This document shows, piece by piece, positions 39,521 to 49,123 of a DNA stretch of 64,000 nt. The stretch is taken from the IMG/VR virus record IMGVR_UViG_3300043395_001986, positions 45,308 to 109,307 of that record. One strand, given 5' to 3'. A program made the position numbers and the translations under genes. The notes beneath the pieces were generated by a model. It did no database searches. It was not told the DNA's origin and saw only the letters and a list, made by a program, of their open reading frames with translations. Origin of the DNA: a virus (lineage: Duplodnaviria > Heunggongvirae > Uroviricota > Caudoviricetes). The stretch's first letter is position 1. Each line of letters opens with the position of its first letter.

Positions 39521-40145
39521 GAACATTGCAATAGCAGTTTTGATTGCAATCATTTTATTAGAGTATTTTAATCCAGGTGGCAAAATGCCAGGAAGAACCA
39601 TCAGAATTGAAGGTAAGAAGTATGAAGTTATCAAACATGATATAGATACACTTGAAGTTGTTAAAACTAAAGTTGTAACTAAAAAAGGAGCAGATATCTA
39701 TCATGAAACAATTGTTGAGAAAGAAGTTAAAATTCCTGCAATAGTAGATACTGCAGCATTATTAAAAGATTTCTTTGCTAAAAATGTTTACAAAGATACT
39801 TTAAGATTACCTGATTCATTGGGTATGGTAGCAGTAACAGATACTATTACACAAAATAAGATATTGGGTAGAACTTTCAATGCAAGTGTAAAACAAAGAG
39901 AAATTAAAGAAACTCTTATTGTTAAAGAATTACCTAAAACACAAGTATATTATGGATTCAATGGTGGATTCAATAAAGCAGATGTGGTATCTAATATAGG
40001 AGCGGGTGTTATAGTAAAGACTAAAAAAGATAAAATTTACCAATTAGGTGCCGGTGTTGCAAATAGAGTAGTAGATGGTACAAATGGTTCATTATCTCCA
40101 TACATCGGTGCAGGTGTATATTGGAAGATTAAGTTGAAAAAATAA
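39498..40145 (+). CDS. Membrane-anchored protein, possible spanin-like lysis protein
   Basis: N-terminal hydrophobic helix (IAIAVLIAIILL); C-terminal amphipathic beta strands ending YIGAGVYWKI. Confidence 0.4.
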   Translation: MKKLLNIKNIAIAVLIAIILLEYFNPGGKMPGRTIRIEGKKYEVIKHDIDTLEVVKTKVVTKKGADIYHETIVEKEVKIPAIVDTAALLKDFFAKNVYKDTLRLPDSLGMVAVTDTITQNKILGRTFNASVKQREIKETLIVKELPKTQVYYGFNGGFNKADVVSNIGAGVIVKTKKDKIYQLGAGVANRVVDGTNGSLSPYIGAGVYWKIKLKK

Positions 40146-40147
40146 TT

Positions 40148-41752
40148 ATGGCTAAAACCCTTAAAGAAGTAATTAGGGAGGAATATGGTAAGTGTGCGAT
40201 AGACCCTATTTACTTTATGAGAAAATATTGTAAGATTCAACATCCAATTAAAGGTAAAATTCCATTTGACCTTTACCCATTTCAGGAGGATGTTTTATCC
40301 GATTTCAAAGACAATAGATTTAATATCGTATTGAAATCTCGTCAGCTAGGTATATCTACCTTGGTGGCGGGATTTTCGCTTTGGAAAATGATTTTTAATA
40401 ATGACTTTAACGTGTTGGTTATTGCAACAAAACAAGAAGTTGCAAAAAACCTTGTACTTAAAGTTAGAGTTATGAATGAGTTTCTTCCATCTTGGTTAAA
40501 AGTAACTGAACAGGAAGATAACAAACTTTCACTTCGTTTTACAAATGGTTCTCAAATCAAAGCAATTTCATCTAAACCAGATGCAGGACGTTCAGAAGCG
40601 CTATCATTACTTGTATTTGATGAGGCAGCATTCATTGACTATATTGATGATATTTGGACTTCAGCACAATCAACTCTTTCAACGGGTGGTAGTTGTATTG
40701 CACTTTCTACTCCTAATGGTGTGGGTAACTGGTTCCATCAGATGTGGGTAGGTGCTGAAAATCACGAGAATTTATTTAATACAATAAAACTCCATTGGAC
40801 GGTTCATCCTGAAAGAGACCAAAGTTGGAGAGATGAACAAGAAACACAATTAGGAAAAAAAGGAGCGGCACAAGAATGTGATTGTGACTTTATTTCAACA
40901 GGTGATACTGTCATAGATTCAGAAATTCTTATTAAATATTTAGATAACCATATTCAGGAACCAATAGAGAAAAAAGGATTTGATGGAAACTATTGGATAT
41001 GGAAAAGACCAGATTACACTAAAAATTATTTATTGTGTGCGGACGTAGCGAGAGGCGATGGTGCGGATTTTTCTGCATTTCATGTAATAGAATTGGATAG
41101 TTGTGAACAAGTTGCCGAATATAAAGGGAAAATAGAACCAACTGAATTTGGTAATTTTTTAGTAATGGCAGCAACCGAATACAATGATGCTTTATTGGTT
41201 ATAGATAATGCAAATATTGGATGGGCAACAATACAAAGAGTTTTGGATAGAGATTATAAAAATTTATTCTATTCAAATGATGATATAAAATATGTTGATA
41301 TAGATACACAATGGACAAATAAATGGTATCGTAAAGAAAAGAATATGACACCTGGGTTTGGTATATCATCAAAAACACGTCCTTTGATTGTTTCTAAAAT
41401 AGATAACTATATGAGAGAAACATCTGTTATTTTACATAGTAAAAGATTGATAGATGAATTTTTTGTATTCATATGGGGACCAGCAAGTAGAGCAGAAGCA
41501 ATGCGAGGATATAATGATGACCTTATATTTGCATTAGGTATTGGATTGTGGATTAGAGATACTGCATTAAGATTAAAACAAGAAGGAATTGATTTAACAA
41601 GACAGGCTTTAAATGGCATAACACAAACCAAATATGAAATGTTTTATTCATCAACAGATTTTCAGGAAAATCCATACAAAATGAAAATAGGAGGACAAGA
41701 AGGAGAAGAAGATTTAATGTGGCTAATTGATAGGTCCTCAATTCGTAAATAA
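40148..41752 (+). CDS. terL: Terminase large subunit (T4 gp17-like)
   Basis: LYPFQ, KSRQLGIST, LVFDEAAF, STPNG, ADVARGDG.DFS, NDDL. Confidence 0.95.
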   Translation: MAKTLKEVIREEYGKCAIDPIYFMRKYCKIQHPIKGKIPFDLYPFQEDVLSDFKDNRFNIVLKSRQLGISTLVAGFSLWKMIFNNDFNVLVIATKQEVAKNLVLKVRVMNEFLPSWLKVTEQEDNKLSLRFTNGSQIKAISSKPDAGRSEALSLLVFDEAAFIDYIDDIWTSAQSTLSTGGSCIALSTPNGVGNWFHQMWVGAENHENLFNTIKLHWTVHPERDQSWRDEQETQLGKKGAAQECDCDFISTGDTVIDSEILIKYLDNHIQEPIEKKGFDGNYWIWKRPDYTKNYLLCADVARGDGADFSAFHVIELDSCEQVAEYKGKIEPTEFGNFLVMAATEYNDALLVIDNANIGWATIQRVLDRDYKNLFYSNDDIKYVDIDTQWTNKWYRKEKNMTPGFGISSKTRPLIVSKIDNYMRETSVILHSKRLIDEFFVFIWGPASRAEAMRGYNDDLIFALGIGLWIRDTALRLKQEGIDLTRQALNGITQTKYEMFYSSTDFQENPYKMKIGGQEGEEDLMWLIDRSSIRK

Positions 41753-41789
41753 TATTATATTTATATAAATAAGACAAAATATATTAACT

Positions 41790-42026
41790 ATGACAAATTA
41801 TAGAGCATTTAAGAGTGTAGCAGTAACATCAGCAGAATCACCTTATAATATGAAAACAAATGCACCAAAACATTGGGGTATTTTACTTGGAAAAAATGCA
41901 AGTGGAAGTATCACATTAGAAGGTGGTGGAACTATTCTTATGGTAGATATTGATGACCATAATGTTTTTCCTTGCTATGGACAAACATTGTCCGTATCTA
42001 GTGGGACTGTTTATGTACTTCAATAA
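41790..42026 (+). CDS. Small beta-rich hypothetical protein (possibly a head decoration protein)
   Basis: 78 aa, own ATATTTATA motif (41757-41765), contains SGS/SSG. Confidence 0.55.
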   Translation: MTNYRAFKSVAVTSAESPYNMKTNAPKHWGILLGKNASGSITLEGGGTILMVDIDDHNVFPCYGQTLSVSSGTVYVLQ

Positions 42027-42036
42027 AAATTAAAAA

Positions 42037-42624
42037 ATGATAAAGTTAAAAACATTATTAAATACCCAAGAAAATGTACAAAATAATTTGTTTGATACAA
42101 ATAAATTAAGTATATTTGAAGGATTGGTTTATCATATTAGTAAACAAATTCCATTGGAAGAAAACATTTACAGATATGAAAGCCAAAATTATTTTAAATT
42201 ATTTGTTGAAGCTAGAAAATTGTGGAAAGAAGGAATATTAGAAGTAACAAATAAAAATGATTTGTTCTTTTTAGAAAGTAATTTAGGTGAAACTGCACTA
42301 TATGAAGGTAAGCAGGTTTATTTAGATTTTCCGTACATAAACGAAGAAGAAGAAAAAAAAGAACCACTTAATCAACCAAAAAGAGGTGGTCCAAAAAAAT
42401 TCTATGTTTATGTTAAGGATGGCGATAGTGTAAAGAAAGTAACATTTGGTGATACAACAGGTCTTTCTGTTAAAATAAATGATTTAGAAGCATCTAAAGC
42501 ATTTGCAGCAAGACATAAATGTGACCAAGAGAAGGATAAAACATCAGCGAATTATTGGGGATGCCATCTACCAAGATACGCAAAACAATTAGGACTGGGT
42601 AAACCGGCATATAGATATTGGTAA
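42037..42624 (+). CDS. Hypothetical head-region protein
   Basis: MIKLK N-terminus; C-terminal KKFYVYV..KVTFGD..FAARHKC..ANYW domain. Confidence 0.65.
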   Translation: MIKLKTLLNTQENVQNNLFDTNKLSIFEGLVYHISKQIPLEENIYRYESQNYFKLFVEARKLWKEGILEVTNKNDLFFLESNLGETALYEGKQVYLDFPYINEEEEKKEPLNQPKRGGPKKFYVYVKDGDSVKKVTFGDTTGLSVKINDLEASKAFAARHKCDQEKDKTSANYWGCHLPRYAKQLGLGKPAYRYW

Positions 42625-42625
42625 T

Positions 42626-42892
42626 ATGAAACCATATAATGAATTTCCGTTAGCGGAAAATGAAAAATTAAGGTTATTTAAAATGGATGTTAACGAAGAA
42701 GAATTGAGTTGGCATTTGGATGAAAAAGATAGAGAGATTCAAATAATAGAAGGATATGATTGGAAGTTACAATTTGAAAACGAACTTCCAATAGAATTAA
42801 ATAAAGGTTTCAATATCAGAATACCAAAACAAACATGGCACAGAGTTTGGAAAGGTACAACTGATTTGATGATAAAAATAAAAGAATTGTAA
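42626..42892 (+). CDS. Small cupin-like protein
   Basis: WHLD.KDR and IPKQTWHRV cupin-type motifs. Confidence 0.6.
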   Translation: MKPYNEFPLAENEKLRLFKMDVNEEELSWHLDEKDREIQIIEGYDWKLQFENELPIELNKGFNIRIPKQTWHRVWKGTTDLMIKIKEL

Positions 42893-44715
42893 TGGCAGAT
42901 ACATCATTATTTGGTAGGTTAAAAAAGTTATTTACTGGTCAAATTATTATTCGTAATGTTGGCGGTAATAAACTTAAAGTGGTTGATTACGACGAAACAC
43001 AAGCAGTAGCAACAAATTTAAGAGATAGATTCTTAAGAATGACTACTTCTGCTACCCAATACAATTATGAAAACTATATAGCATATCAGCAAGTTAGACA
43101 GGAGTTATTCAGAGATTATGATGCAATGGATAATGACCCAATAGTTGCATCTGTATTAGATATCTATTCCGATGAATGTACAACTAGAAATGAATATGGA
43201 AAAGTACTTACAATCAAATCACAGGATGACCAAGTAAAAGATATTTTAGAAAATTTATTCTATGATATTTTAAATATTGATTTCAATTTATGGCCTTGGA
43301 TTAGAAACCTTTGTAAATACGGAGATTTCTTTTTAGTATTAGAAATTGCACCGGAATTAGGTATTGTATCAGTTCAACCTGTTTCAACTTATGAAATGAA
43401 TAGAGTTGAAGAATATGATAAAGACCATTTACAAAAAGTTAAATTTATTCAAACACCAATAACTGTCCGTTCAACTTATACGGCAGGACAAAAGATTGAA
43501 TACGAAAACTACGAGGTTGCTCATTTTAGACATTTAGCAGATACAAACTGGCTACCATATGGTAAATCAATATTAGAAGGAGCTAGAAGAGTTTGGAAAC
43601 AATTAACTATGATGGAAGATGCTATGTTAATCCATCGTATCACGAGAGCACCAGCTAAAAGAAAATTCAAAATTGATATTGGTAATATACCTCCTCATGA
43701 AGTTGAAAACTACATGAAGAGAATTATATCACAATCTAAAAAGCAACCATACATAAATGAAACTACTGGAGATTATAACTTAAAGTATAATATTCAAAAC
43801 ATTATGGAAGATTTTTATTTTCCGGTGAGAGGTAGTGATAGTGGAACTGATGTTGAAAATTTAGAAGGATTGGAGTATGTTGCAATTGATGACATAAATT
43901 ATCTTAAAAATAAATTTATGGCTGCTTTAAAAGTTCCAAAAGCATTTTTAGGATATGAGGAAAATGTAAGTGGTAAAGCAACATTGGCAGCAGAAGATGT
44001 TCGTTTTGCTAGAACAATAGATAGATTACAAAAGATTGTTATTAGTGAATTGTATAAAATAGCGATAACACACTTATATGCACAAAATATAACAGATGAT
44101 AGATTAGTTAACTTTGATTTAGAATTAACAAATCCTTCAACAATTGCTGAGCAGGAAAAAATTAACCTATGGTCAAACAAAGTTAATTTAGCAAGAGATA
44201 TGCAAGATAACAAAATTGTATCAACAGATTGGATATATAAAAATGTATTTCATTTTACAAATGATGAATGTGAAGATTTGAGAAATCAATTAATTGAAGA
44301 TGCAAAAGAAAGATTCCGTTTAACACAAATTGAAACAGCAGGACAAGACCCTAAAGCAGAAGCAGAACAACAAAAAACAGATGTTAATGGTGAATTGGGA
44401 AAATTTAAAGGAGAGGATGAACAACAGGGTGATGATACTGGTGTAGATGAAGATGAAAAAATTAAAGAATTAGAAAATGATTTAGGTGTTAGTGAAGCTA
44501 ATAAACCAGCAGGAAGACCTAAATCTGCAAACAGATACGAAAAAGATGATTCTAAATTTGGTAGAGACCCATTAGGAAAAAAAGAAAACCAAAAAGTATT
44601 TGAATCCGAATTCCGTAAGAAACTTATTAAACAATTAAAGGACCAATATAATCCAAAACATATAATTTTAGAAGGAAAGAATATGATGGATGAGAATAAT
44701 ATTTTTGAAATTTAA
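42892..44715 (+). CDS. Portal protein (T4 gp20-like)
   Basis: MMEDAMLIHRITRAP, FKIDIGNIP, EDFYFPVRG, ALKVP, EDVRF. Confidence 0.95.
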   Translation: MADTSLFGRLKKLFTGQIIIRNVGGNKLKVVDYDETQAVATNLRDRFLRMTTSATQYNYENYIAYQQVRQELFRDYDAMDNDPIVASVLDIYSDECTTRNEYGKVLTIKSQDDQVKDILENLFYDILNIDFNLWPWIRNLCKYGDFFLVLEIAPELGIVSVQPVSTYEMNRVEEYDKDHLQKVKFIQTPITVRSTYTAGQKIEYENYEVAHFRHLADTNWLPYGKSILEGARRVWKQLTMMEDAMLIHRITRAPAKRKFKIDIGNIPPHEVENYMKRIISQSKKQPYINETTGDYNLKYNIQNIMEDFYFPVRGSDSGTDVENLEGLEYVAIDDINYLKNKFMAALKVPKAFLGYEENVSGKATLAAEDVRFARTIDRLQKIVISELYKIAITHLYAQNITDDRLVNFDLELTNPSTIAEQEKINLWSNKVNLARDMQDNKIVSTDWIYKNVFHFTNDECEDLRNQLIEDAKERFRLTQIETAGQDPKAEAEQQKTDVNGELGKFKGEDEQQGDDTGVDEDEKIKELENDLGVSEANKPAGRPKSANRYEKDDSKFGRDPLGKKENQKVFESEFRKKLIKQLKDQYNPKHIILEGKNMMDENNIFEI

Positions 44716-44748
44716 TTCTGTATATTTATATATTAGGAAAATAACATT

Positions 44749-45627
44749 ATGAAATCAATAAAACATTCCAAATTTAGAAACACAGGGTTCATATTTGAAC
44801 TTTTAGTTAGACAAGTGACCTCTGATATTCTAAATGGCAGACCAAAATCTATTGCTGAAAATTTATTAAAAAAATATTTTAATTCTAAAACTGAATTACA
44901 TAGTGAATTAAAATTATATCAATTTTTGGTTAATGAAAAATACAATGCAGAAAATAGAGCAGAAAAGTTCATTAGTGCTATTTTAGAAACACGTTCTAAA
45001 TTAAATGAAAAAAAAATCCTCAGGGAAAAATATGAATTAATAAAAGAAATTAAAGAGAATTATAATTTGGATAGTTTTTTAAATACACAAATTCCTAATT
45101 ATAAAGTTTTAGCTTCTATCTATAAAATATTTGAATATAGCTCTACAAAAGATTCATCTGCAATATACGACCCTAAAGACGTATTAAATACAAAATTAAC
45201 AATTGTAGAACACATTATTTCTAAACCAGCCGGAAAAGGAAATTCAGAAGAAAAAATATACGAATCTTTTAAAAAAGAAGATAAAGATATTAGAGATTTG
45301 AGTTATAAAATTTTAGTTGATTCATTTAATAAAAAATATAAAACATTAGATGAATCTCAAAAAAGTTTATTAAAAACATATATCAATTCTTATACAAATG
45401 AAGATTCTTTATCTGAAAACATTAAGAAAAAAGTAACCGAACTTAAGAATGAATTTATAGCTATTTCAAAAAACATCAATGATAAAGTAACCAAAATTAA
45501 ATTGGCCGAAACTGTCAATCAACTTAAAAAAATTGGTGAAACTAAAAAAATCAAAGATTCTCATATTTCAGCTATAATGATTTCTTATGAATTAAAAAAG
45601 GAATTATTAAATGCAATTGGAAAATAA
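44749..45627 (+). CDS. Hypothetical head-module protein
   Basis: KHSKFRNTGFIFELLVRQ N-terminus, helical; ATATTTATA at 44722-44730. Confidence 0.65.
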   Translation: MKSIKHSKFRNTGFIFELLVRQVTSDILNGRPKSIAENLLKKYFNSKTELHSELKLYQFLVNEKYNAENRAEKFISAILETRSKLNEKKILREKYELIKEIKENYNLDSFLNTQIPNYKVLASIYKIFEYSSTKDSSAIYDPKDVLNTKLTIVEHIISKPAGKGNSEEKIYESFKKEDKDIRDLSYKILVDSFNKKYKTLDESQKSLLKTYINSYTNEDSLSENIKKKVTELKNEFIAISKNINDKVTKIKLAETVNQLKKIGETKKIKDSHISAIMISYELKKELLNAIGK

Positions 45628-46300
45628 ACATCTTTTAAAACTTAAAGAGTTAATAAATAAATTAGCGTTAGAAGAAGATGGTGAAGCCGCGACAACCGGT
45701 AACACTACATCTTCTTTCGACATTTATAATACTCCAAATGCATTTTCAAAAGGCAAAGACCAAAAGAAAAGACACGATAAGAAATTAGCGGATTTGGCTC
45801 ATGGCCAAGTTGTTTCAGAAAATAGATGGATTGAAATGAAAAGTAATCCAAACTATTCCCCAAAACAAAAGATAGGATTAGGTATCAGAGAAGTTCGTAA
45901 ACAAATTGATGAAATCGAAAAGTTTATGAAATGGTATGGTATGCTAAAACATGAAAACAATTTATCTAACGAATCTTTTTGGAAACGCACAAATAATCAT
46001 ATTTATAAGATAAAGGAGAGATTGGGTAAATTGGGTAATCATATTAATGAATTACAACAAGACCCAAAAAAACTTCGTAACGATATAGAATCTCTTATTC
46101 ATAAGTGGGATTTGAAAAGTTACGATACAATGAAAATTCTACCGAATGGTGGATATGCTTTTGTTTTTTCTGACATAAAAGAAGCAGAAAGACTACGAAA
46201 TTTGGGAAGACCAATATTTAAAGCATATGGGTTTGAAGATATAAATTCAAAATCTACACTTAAAGGTGGGGTATTAATAATAAAAAAGATACAAAACTAA
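45611..46300 (+). CDS. Hypothetical head-module protein
   Basis: 229-aa ORF with YNTPNAF motif, between portal and protease. Confidence 0.6.
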   Translation: MQLENKHLLKLKELINKLALEEDGEAATTGNTTSSFDIYNTPNAFSKGKDQKKRHDKKLADLAHGQVVSENRWIEMKSNPNYSPKQKIGLGIREVRKQIDEIEKFMKWYGMLKHENNLSNESFWKRTNNHIYKIKERLGKLGNHINELQQDPKKLRNDIESLIHKWDLKSYDTMKILPNGGYAFVFSDIKEAERLRNLGRPIFKAYGFEDINSKSTLKGGVLIIKKIQN

Positions 46301-46305
46301 ATAAA

Positions 46306-46605
46306 ATGGGAAAACTAACCAGAGAAGCTCTTAAAGGAATTGTAAGAGAAGTAATGAAAGAAGAAGAAGATTACCAAAAAGTATTTCGTAAAGTAATGGC
46401 AAAATATGGTATTAACTCACCAGATGAATTGCAATCAGATGATGAAAAGAAAAAATTCTTTACAACTGTCGATACTATTTACAAAGCAAAAACGGAAGCA
46501 TTAGTTGGTGGACAAAAAGAATTAGATGTTGATGGTGATGGTAAAATTGGTGGCGATGATTTGGCAAAATTAAGAGCAAGTAAGAACGAAAGTAAAAAGA
46601 AATAA
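46306..46605 (+). CDS. Small protein with EF-hand-like loop
   Basis: LDVDGDGKIGGDDL. Confidence 0.6.
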   Translation: MGKLTREALKGIVREVMKEEEDYQKVFRKVMAKYGINSPDELQSDDEKKKFFTTVDTIYKAKTEALVGGQKELDVDGDGKIGGDDLAKLRASKNESKKK

Positions 46606-46609
46606 TTAA

Positions 46610-47194
46610 ATGAATAAGAATTTAATCATTGAACATAGATTATTCGAAGGAGTAGTTGAAGAAAAAGATGGTTCTTTTTTGGTTAAAGGTGTCTTACAAA
46701 GAGCAGATGCTGAAAACCAAAATGGTAGAGTATATCCATTTCCTATATTACAAAGAGAAGCTACAAAATACGAAACTTTAATAAATGAGCGTAGAGCATT
46801 GGGTGAATTAGACCATCCAGATTCTGCGGTTATTAATTTAAAAAATGTTTCCCATAATGTAAGAGAAATGAAATGGGATGGTAAAGATTTAGTTGGAGTA
46901 GTTGAAGTATTATCAACACCAGCAGGAAATATTTTAAAAGAATTATTTAAAAATAATATTCGTTTAGGTATTAGTAGTAGAGGATTGGGGTCTGTAAAAC
47001 CTATTGGAGAAAACAAAGTAGTAGTTCAAGAAGATTTTGAATTAATTGGATTTGATTTTGTATCTAATCCATCAACACATGGTGCATTTTTATCACCTGT
47101 AAATGAAAGCGTTAACAAAGGAATAGTAGATGAGTGTGGTAAGTGGTGCAAGGCACAAGATTTAATGAGAAACATTATAGAAGAATTAAACTAA
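46610..47194 (+). CDS. Prohead core protease (T4 gp21-like)
   Basis: NQNGRVYP, ALGELDHP, VSH, GISSRGLGS, DFVSNPS. Confidence 0.95.
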   Translation: MNKNLIIEHRLFEGVVEEKDGSFLVKGVLQRADAENQNGRVYPFPILQREATKYETLINERRALGELDHPDSAVINLKNVSHNVREMKWDGKDLVGVVEVLSTPAGNILKELFKNNIRLGISSRGLGSVKPIGENKVVVQEDFELIGFDFVSNPSTHGAFLSPVNESVNKGIVDECGKWCKAQDLMRNIIEELN

Positions 47195-47198
47195 AAAA

Positions 47199-47570
47199 AT
47201 GGAACAACTAGCATCTTTATTTTTTCATAGTAGAACACAGGCACATGTATTCCATTTAGGAGTTAAAGGACCTGGTTCATTTGCAGCACATAAAGCATTA
47301 CAAGAATATTACGAAGGTATCGTTGATTTGATTGATGGTTTAGTTGAATCATATCAAGGTAAAAATGGTTTAATTAAATTTCAAGTAGTAAATGGAATTG
47401 ATAACAATTGTGATATCAAAAACATAATTTCTTATTTTGAAAAACTATGTAAAGCATTAGAAAAATTAAGAAAAGATGATAAATTGCAAGATAGTTGGAT
47501 TCAAAATGACATAGATAATATAGCAACATTGTTATATTCAACAAAATATAAATTAGAAAATTTAGCATAA
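47199..47570 (+). CDS. Dps/ferritin-like four-helix protein
   Basis: HVFHL...FAAHKALQEYYE...D.LVE resembles the Dps ferroxidase pattern. Confidence 0.65.
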   Translation: MEQLASLFFHSRTQAHVFHLGVKGPGSFAAHKALQEYYEGIVDLIDGLVESYQGKNGLIKFQVVNGIDNNCDIKNIISYFEKLCKALEKLRKDDKLQDSWIQNDIDNIATLLYSTKYKLENLA

Positions 47571-47571
47571 T

Positions 47572-47838
47572 ATGATAAAGTTAGGAGCAATGGTTACTTC
47601 GATAGTAACACCAAAAGCAGTAGGAGTAGCATCAACGGCCCCAATGGTAGCAGAAAAAAAAGAAATAGTAGTTGAAGCATTTAGCAGACAACACTATGAA
47701 GAAGTTGCTAAAATAATTAAAGGAATAGGTAGTTCTTCTATGAGAGAAGAATTATGTGGTAAGTTTACAAATCTATTTAAAAAAGATAATAGTAGATTTG
47801 ATTCAGATAGATTCGCAGAAGCGTGTAATGTAAAATAA
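47572..47838 (+). CDS. Hypothetical protein
   Basis: MIKL N-terminus; C-terminal DNSRFDSDRFAEAC. Confidence 0.6.
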   Translation: MIKLGAMVTSIVTPKAVGVASTAPMVAEKKEIVVEAFSRQHYEEVAKIIKGIGSSSMREELCGKFTNLFKKDNSRFDSDRFAEACNVK

Positions 47839-47853
47839 TAATATTTATATACA

Positions 47854-48702
47854 ATGATAAAGTTAAAATCACTATATAAAGAAAATTTCAATAATGATAT
47901 TCGTAGAAACTTTTTAGAAATAATTTCTACGTTTAATCAATATGGAAAGCAATTAAAAAGAGAACAAGATATTTCTAGTATTGCAGAAAATTTAAGCGGC
48001 ATAGCAAATGCAGCTAGAATGTTTTCAGTAAATGAAGCAGAAGATTGGTTTGATGGCATGACCGTTAAAAAAAATATGGAAGCTTTGGGTAAAATTGCAG
48101 AAGAATTTAAAAAAGTAGCAAGTGAATCAAAAGTGCATGAAGATAGAATGAGTGCATTGTATGATGATATGGGTCACATATTAGGTAGATATTTTGAAAT
48201 TGCAGATTTACCAGACGATGCAAAAATAGCACAAGAAGAAGCAGATGCTGAAATGGCTCAAAAACAAGATACATACGATAGAATTAGTGGAGCGTATGAA
48301 AAAGTTAAATCGTATAAAAATAGATTAAAAGAAGTTGCAGCTAAATTGAAGGAAGAGAAGGGTAGAATACAAAATGCTACAACTCACGTTCAAATGCACA
48401 AAGAAAGATTAAAAGCGGCTAATGAAGATTTAAAATTAAAAAAAGAAAGAATCAGAGAAGCTAATAAAAAAATAAAAGAATCTAAATTAAGATTAAAAGG
48501 TTTATACGAAAAATACAAAACACCAACAGAGTCAGTAAATGAAATGGAAAATCCTTGTTGGAAAGGATATGAGATGGTTGGCACTAAAATGAAAAATGGC
48601 AGAGAAGTTCCTAATTGCGTACCTAAAAACGAAATAAAAGAAAACAATTGTGGATGTAACAAAAATCACGATTGTGGATGTGGTGGAGTACATAAGCACT
48701 AA
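47854..48702 (+). CDS. Hypothetical coiled-coil head-region protein
   Basis: MIKLKSL N-terminus; NPCWKGYEMVG..VPNCVP and CGC..CGC tail; ATATTTATA at 47841-47849. Confidence 0.65.
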   Translation: MIKLKSLYKENFNNDIRRNFLEIISTFNQYGKQLKREQDISSIAENLSGIANAARMFSVNEAEDWFDGMTVKKNMEALGKIAEEFKKVASESKVHEDRMSALYDDMGHILGRYFEIADLPDDAKIAQEEADAEMAQKQDTYDRISGAYEKVKSYKNRLKEVAAKLKEEKGRIQNATTHVQMHKERLKAANEDLKLKKERIREANKKIKESKLRLKGLYEKYKTPTESVNEMENPCWKGYEMVGTKMKNGREVPNCVPKNEIKENNCGCNKNHDCGCGGVHKH

Positions 48703-48705
48703 TAT

Positions 48706-48942
48706 ATGTTGATAATAGACGTTAAAGAAGGTAACATAGATAAGGCATTAAAAAAACTTAAAAGAAAATGGCAAGATTCTAAAGCCGTTGAGCAATTAAG
48801 AGATAGAAAAGAATATACTAAGCCATCCGTTACAAAAAGATTAGAGAAAGAAGATGCTGTTAGAAAAAATTTAAAACAGATAAAGAGTACTCTAGATTTT
48901 AAAAAATCAAAAAATATTCCTACAAAATATAAAAAAGTTTAA
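48706..48942 (+). CDS. rpsU: Phage-encoded ribosomal protein bS21
   Basis: MLIIDVKEGNIDKALKKLKRK...LRDRKEYTKPSVTKR matches the bS21 signature, with a Bacteroidota-style MLII start. Confidence 0.9.
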   Translation: MLIIDVKEGNIDKALKKLKRKWQDSKAVEQLRDRKEYTKPSVTKRLEKEDAVRKNLKQIKSTLDFKKSKNIPTKYKKV

Positions 48943-49123
48943 TCTTTTTATAAACTTTGATATATGTATATACAATAAATCCTCACAATAGGATTACATT
49001 TTTATTTTAAGGTTAGTTGATGAATATTTTATCTCTATATAAAATCAACGAAAAACTAACTTAACCGAATTGAAGTTCCCTTTTTATATTTAATGACTTC
49101 AGAAGACCAAGGACAAATTAACC

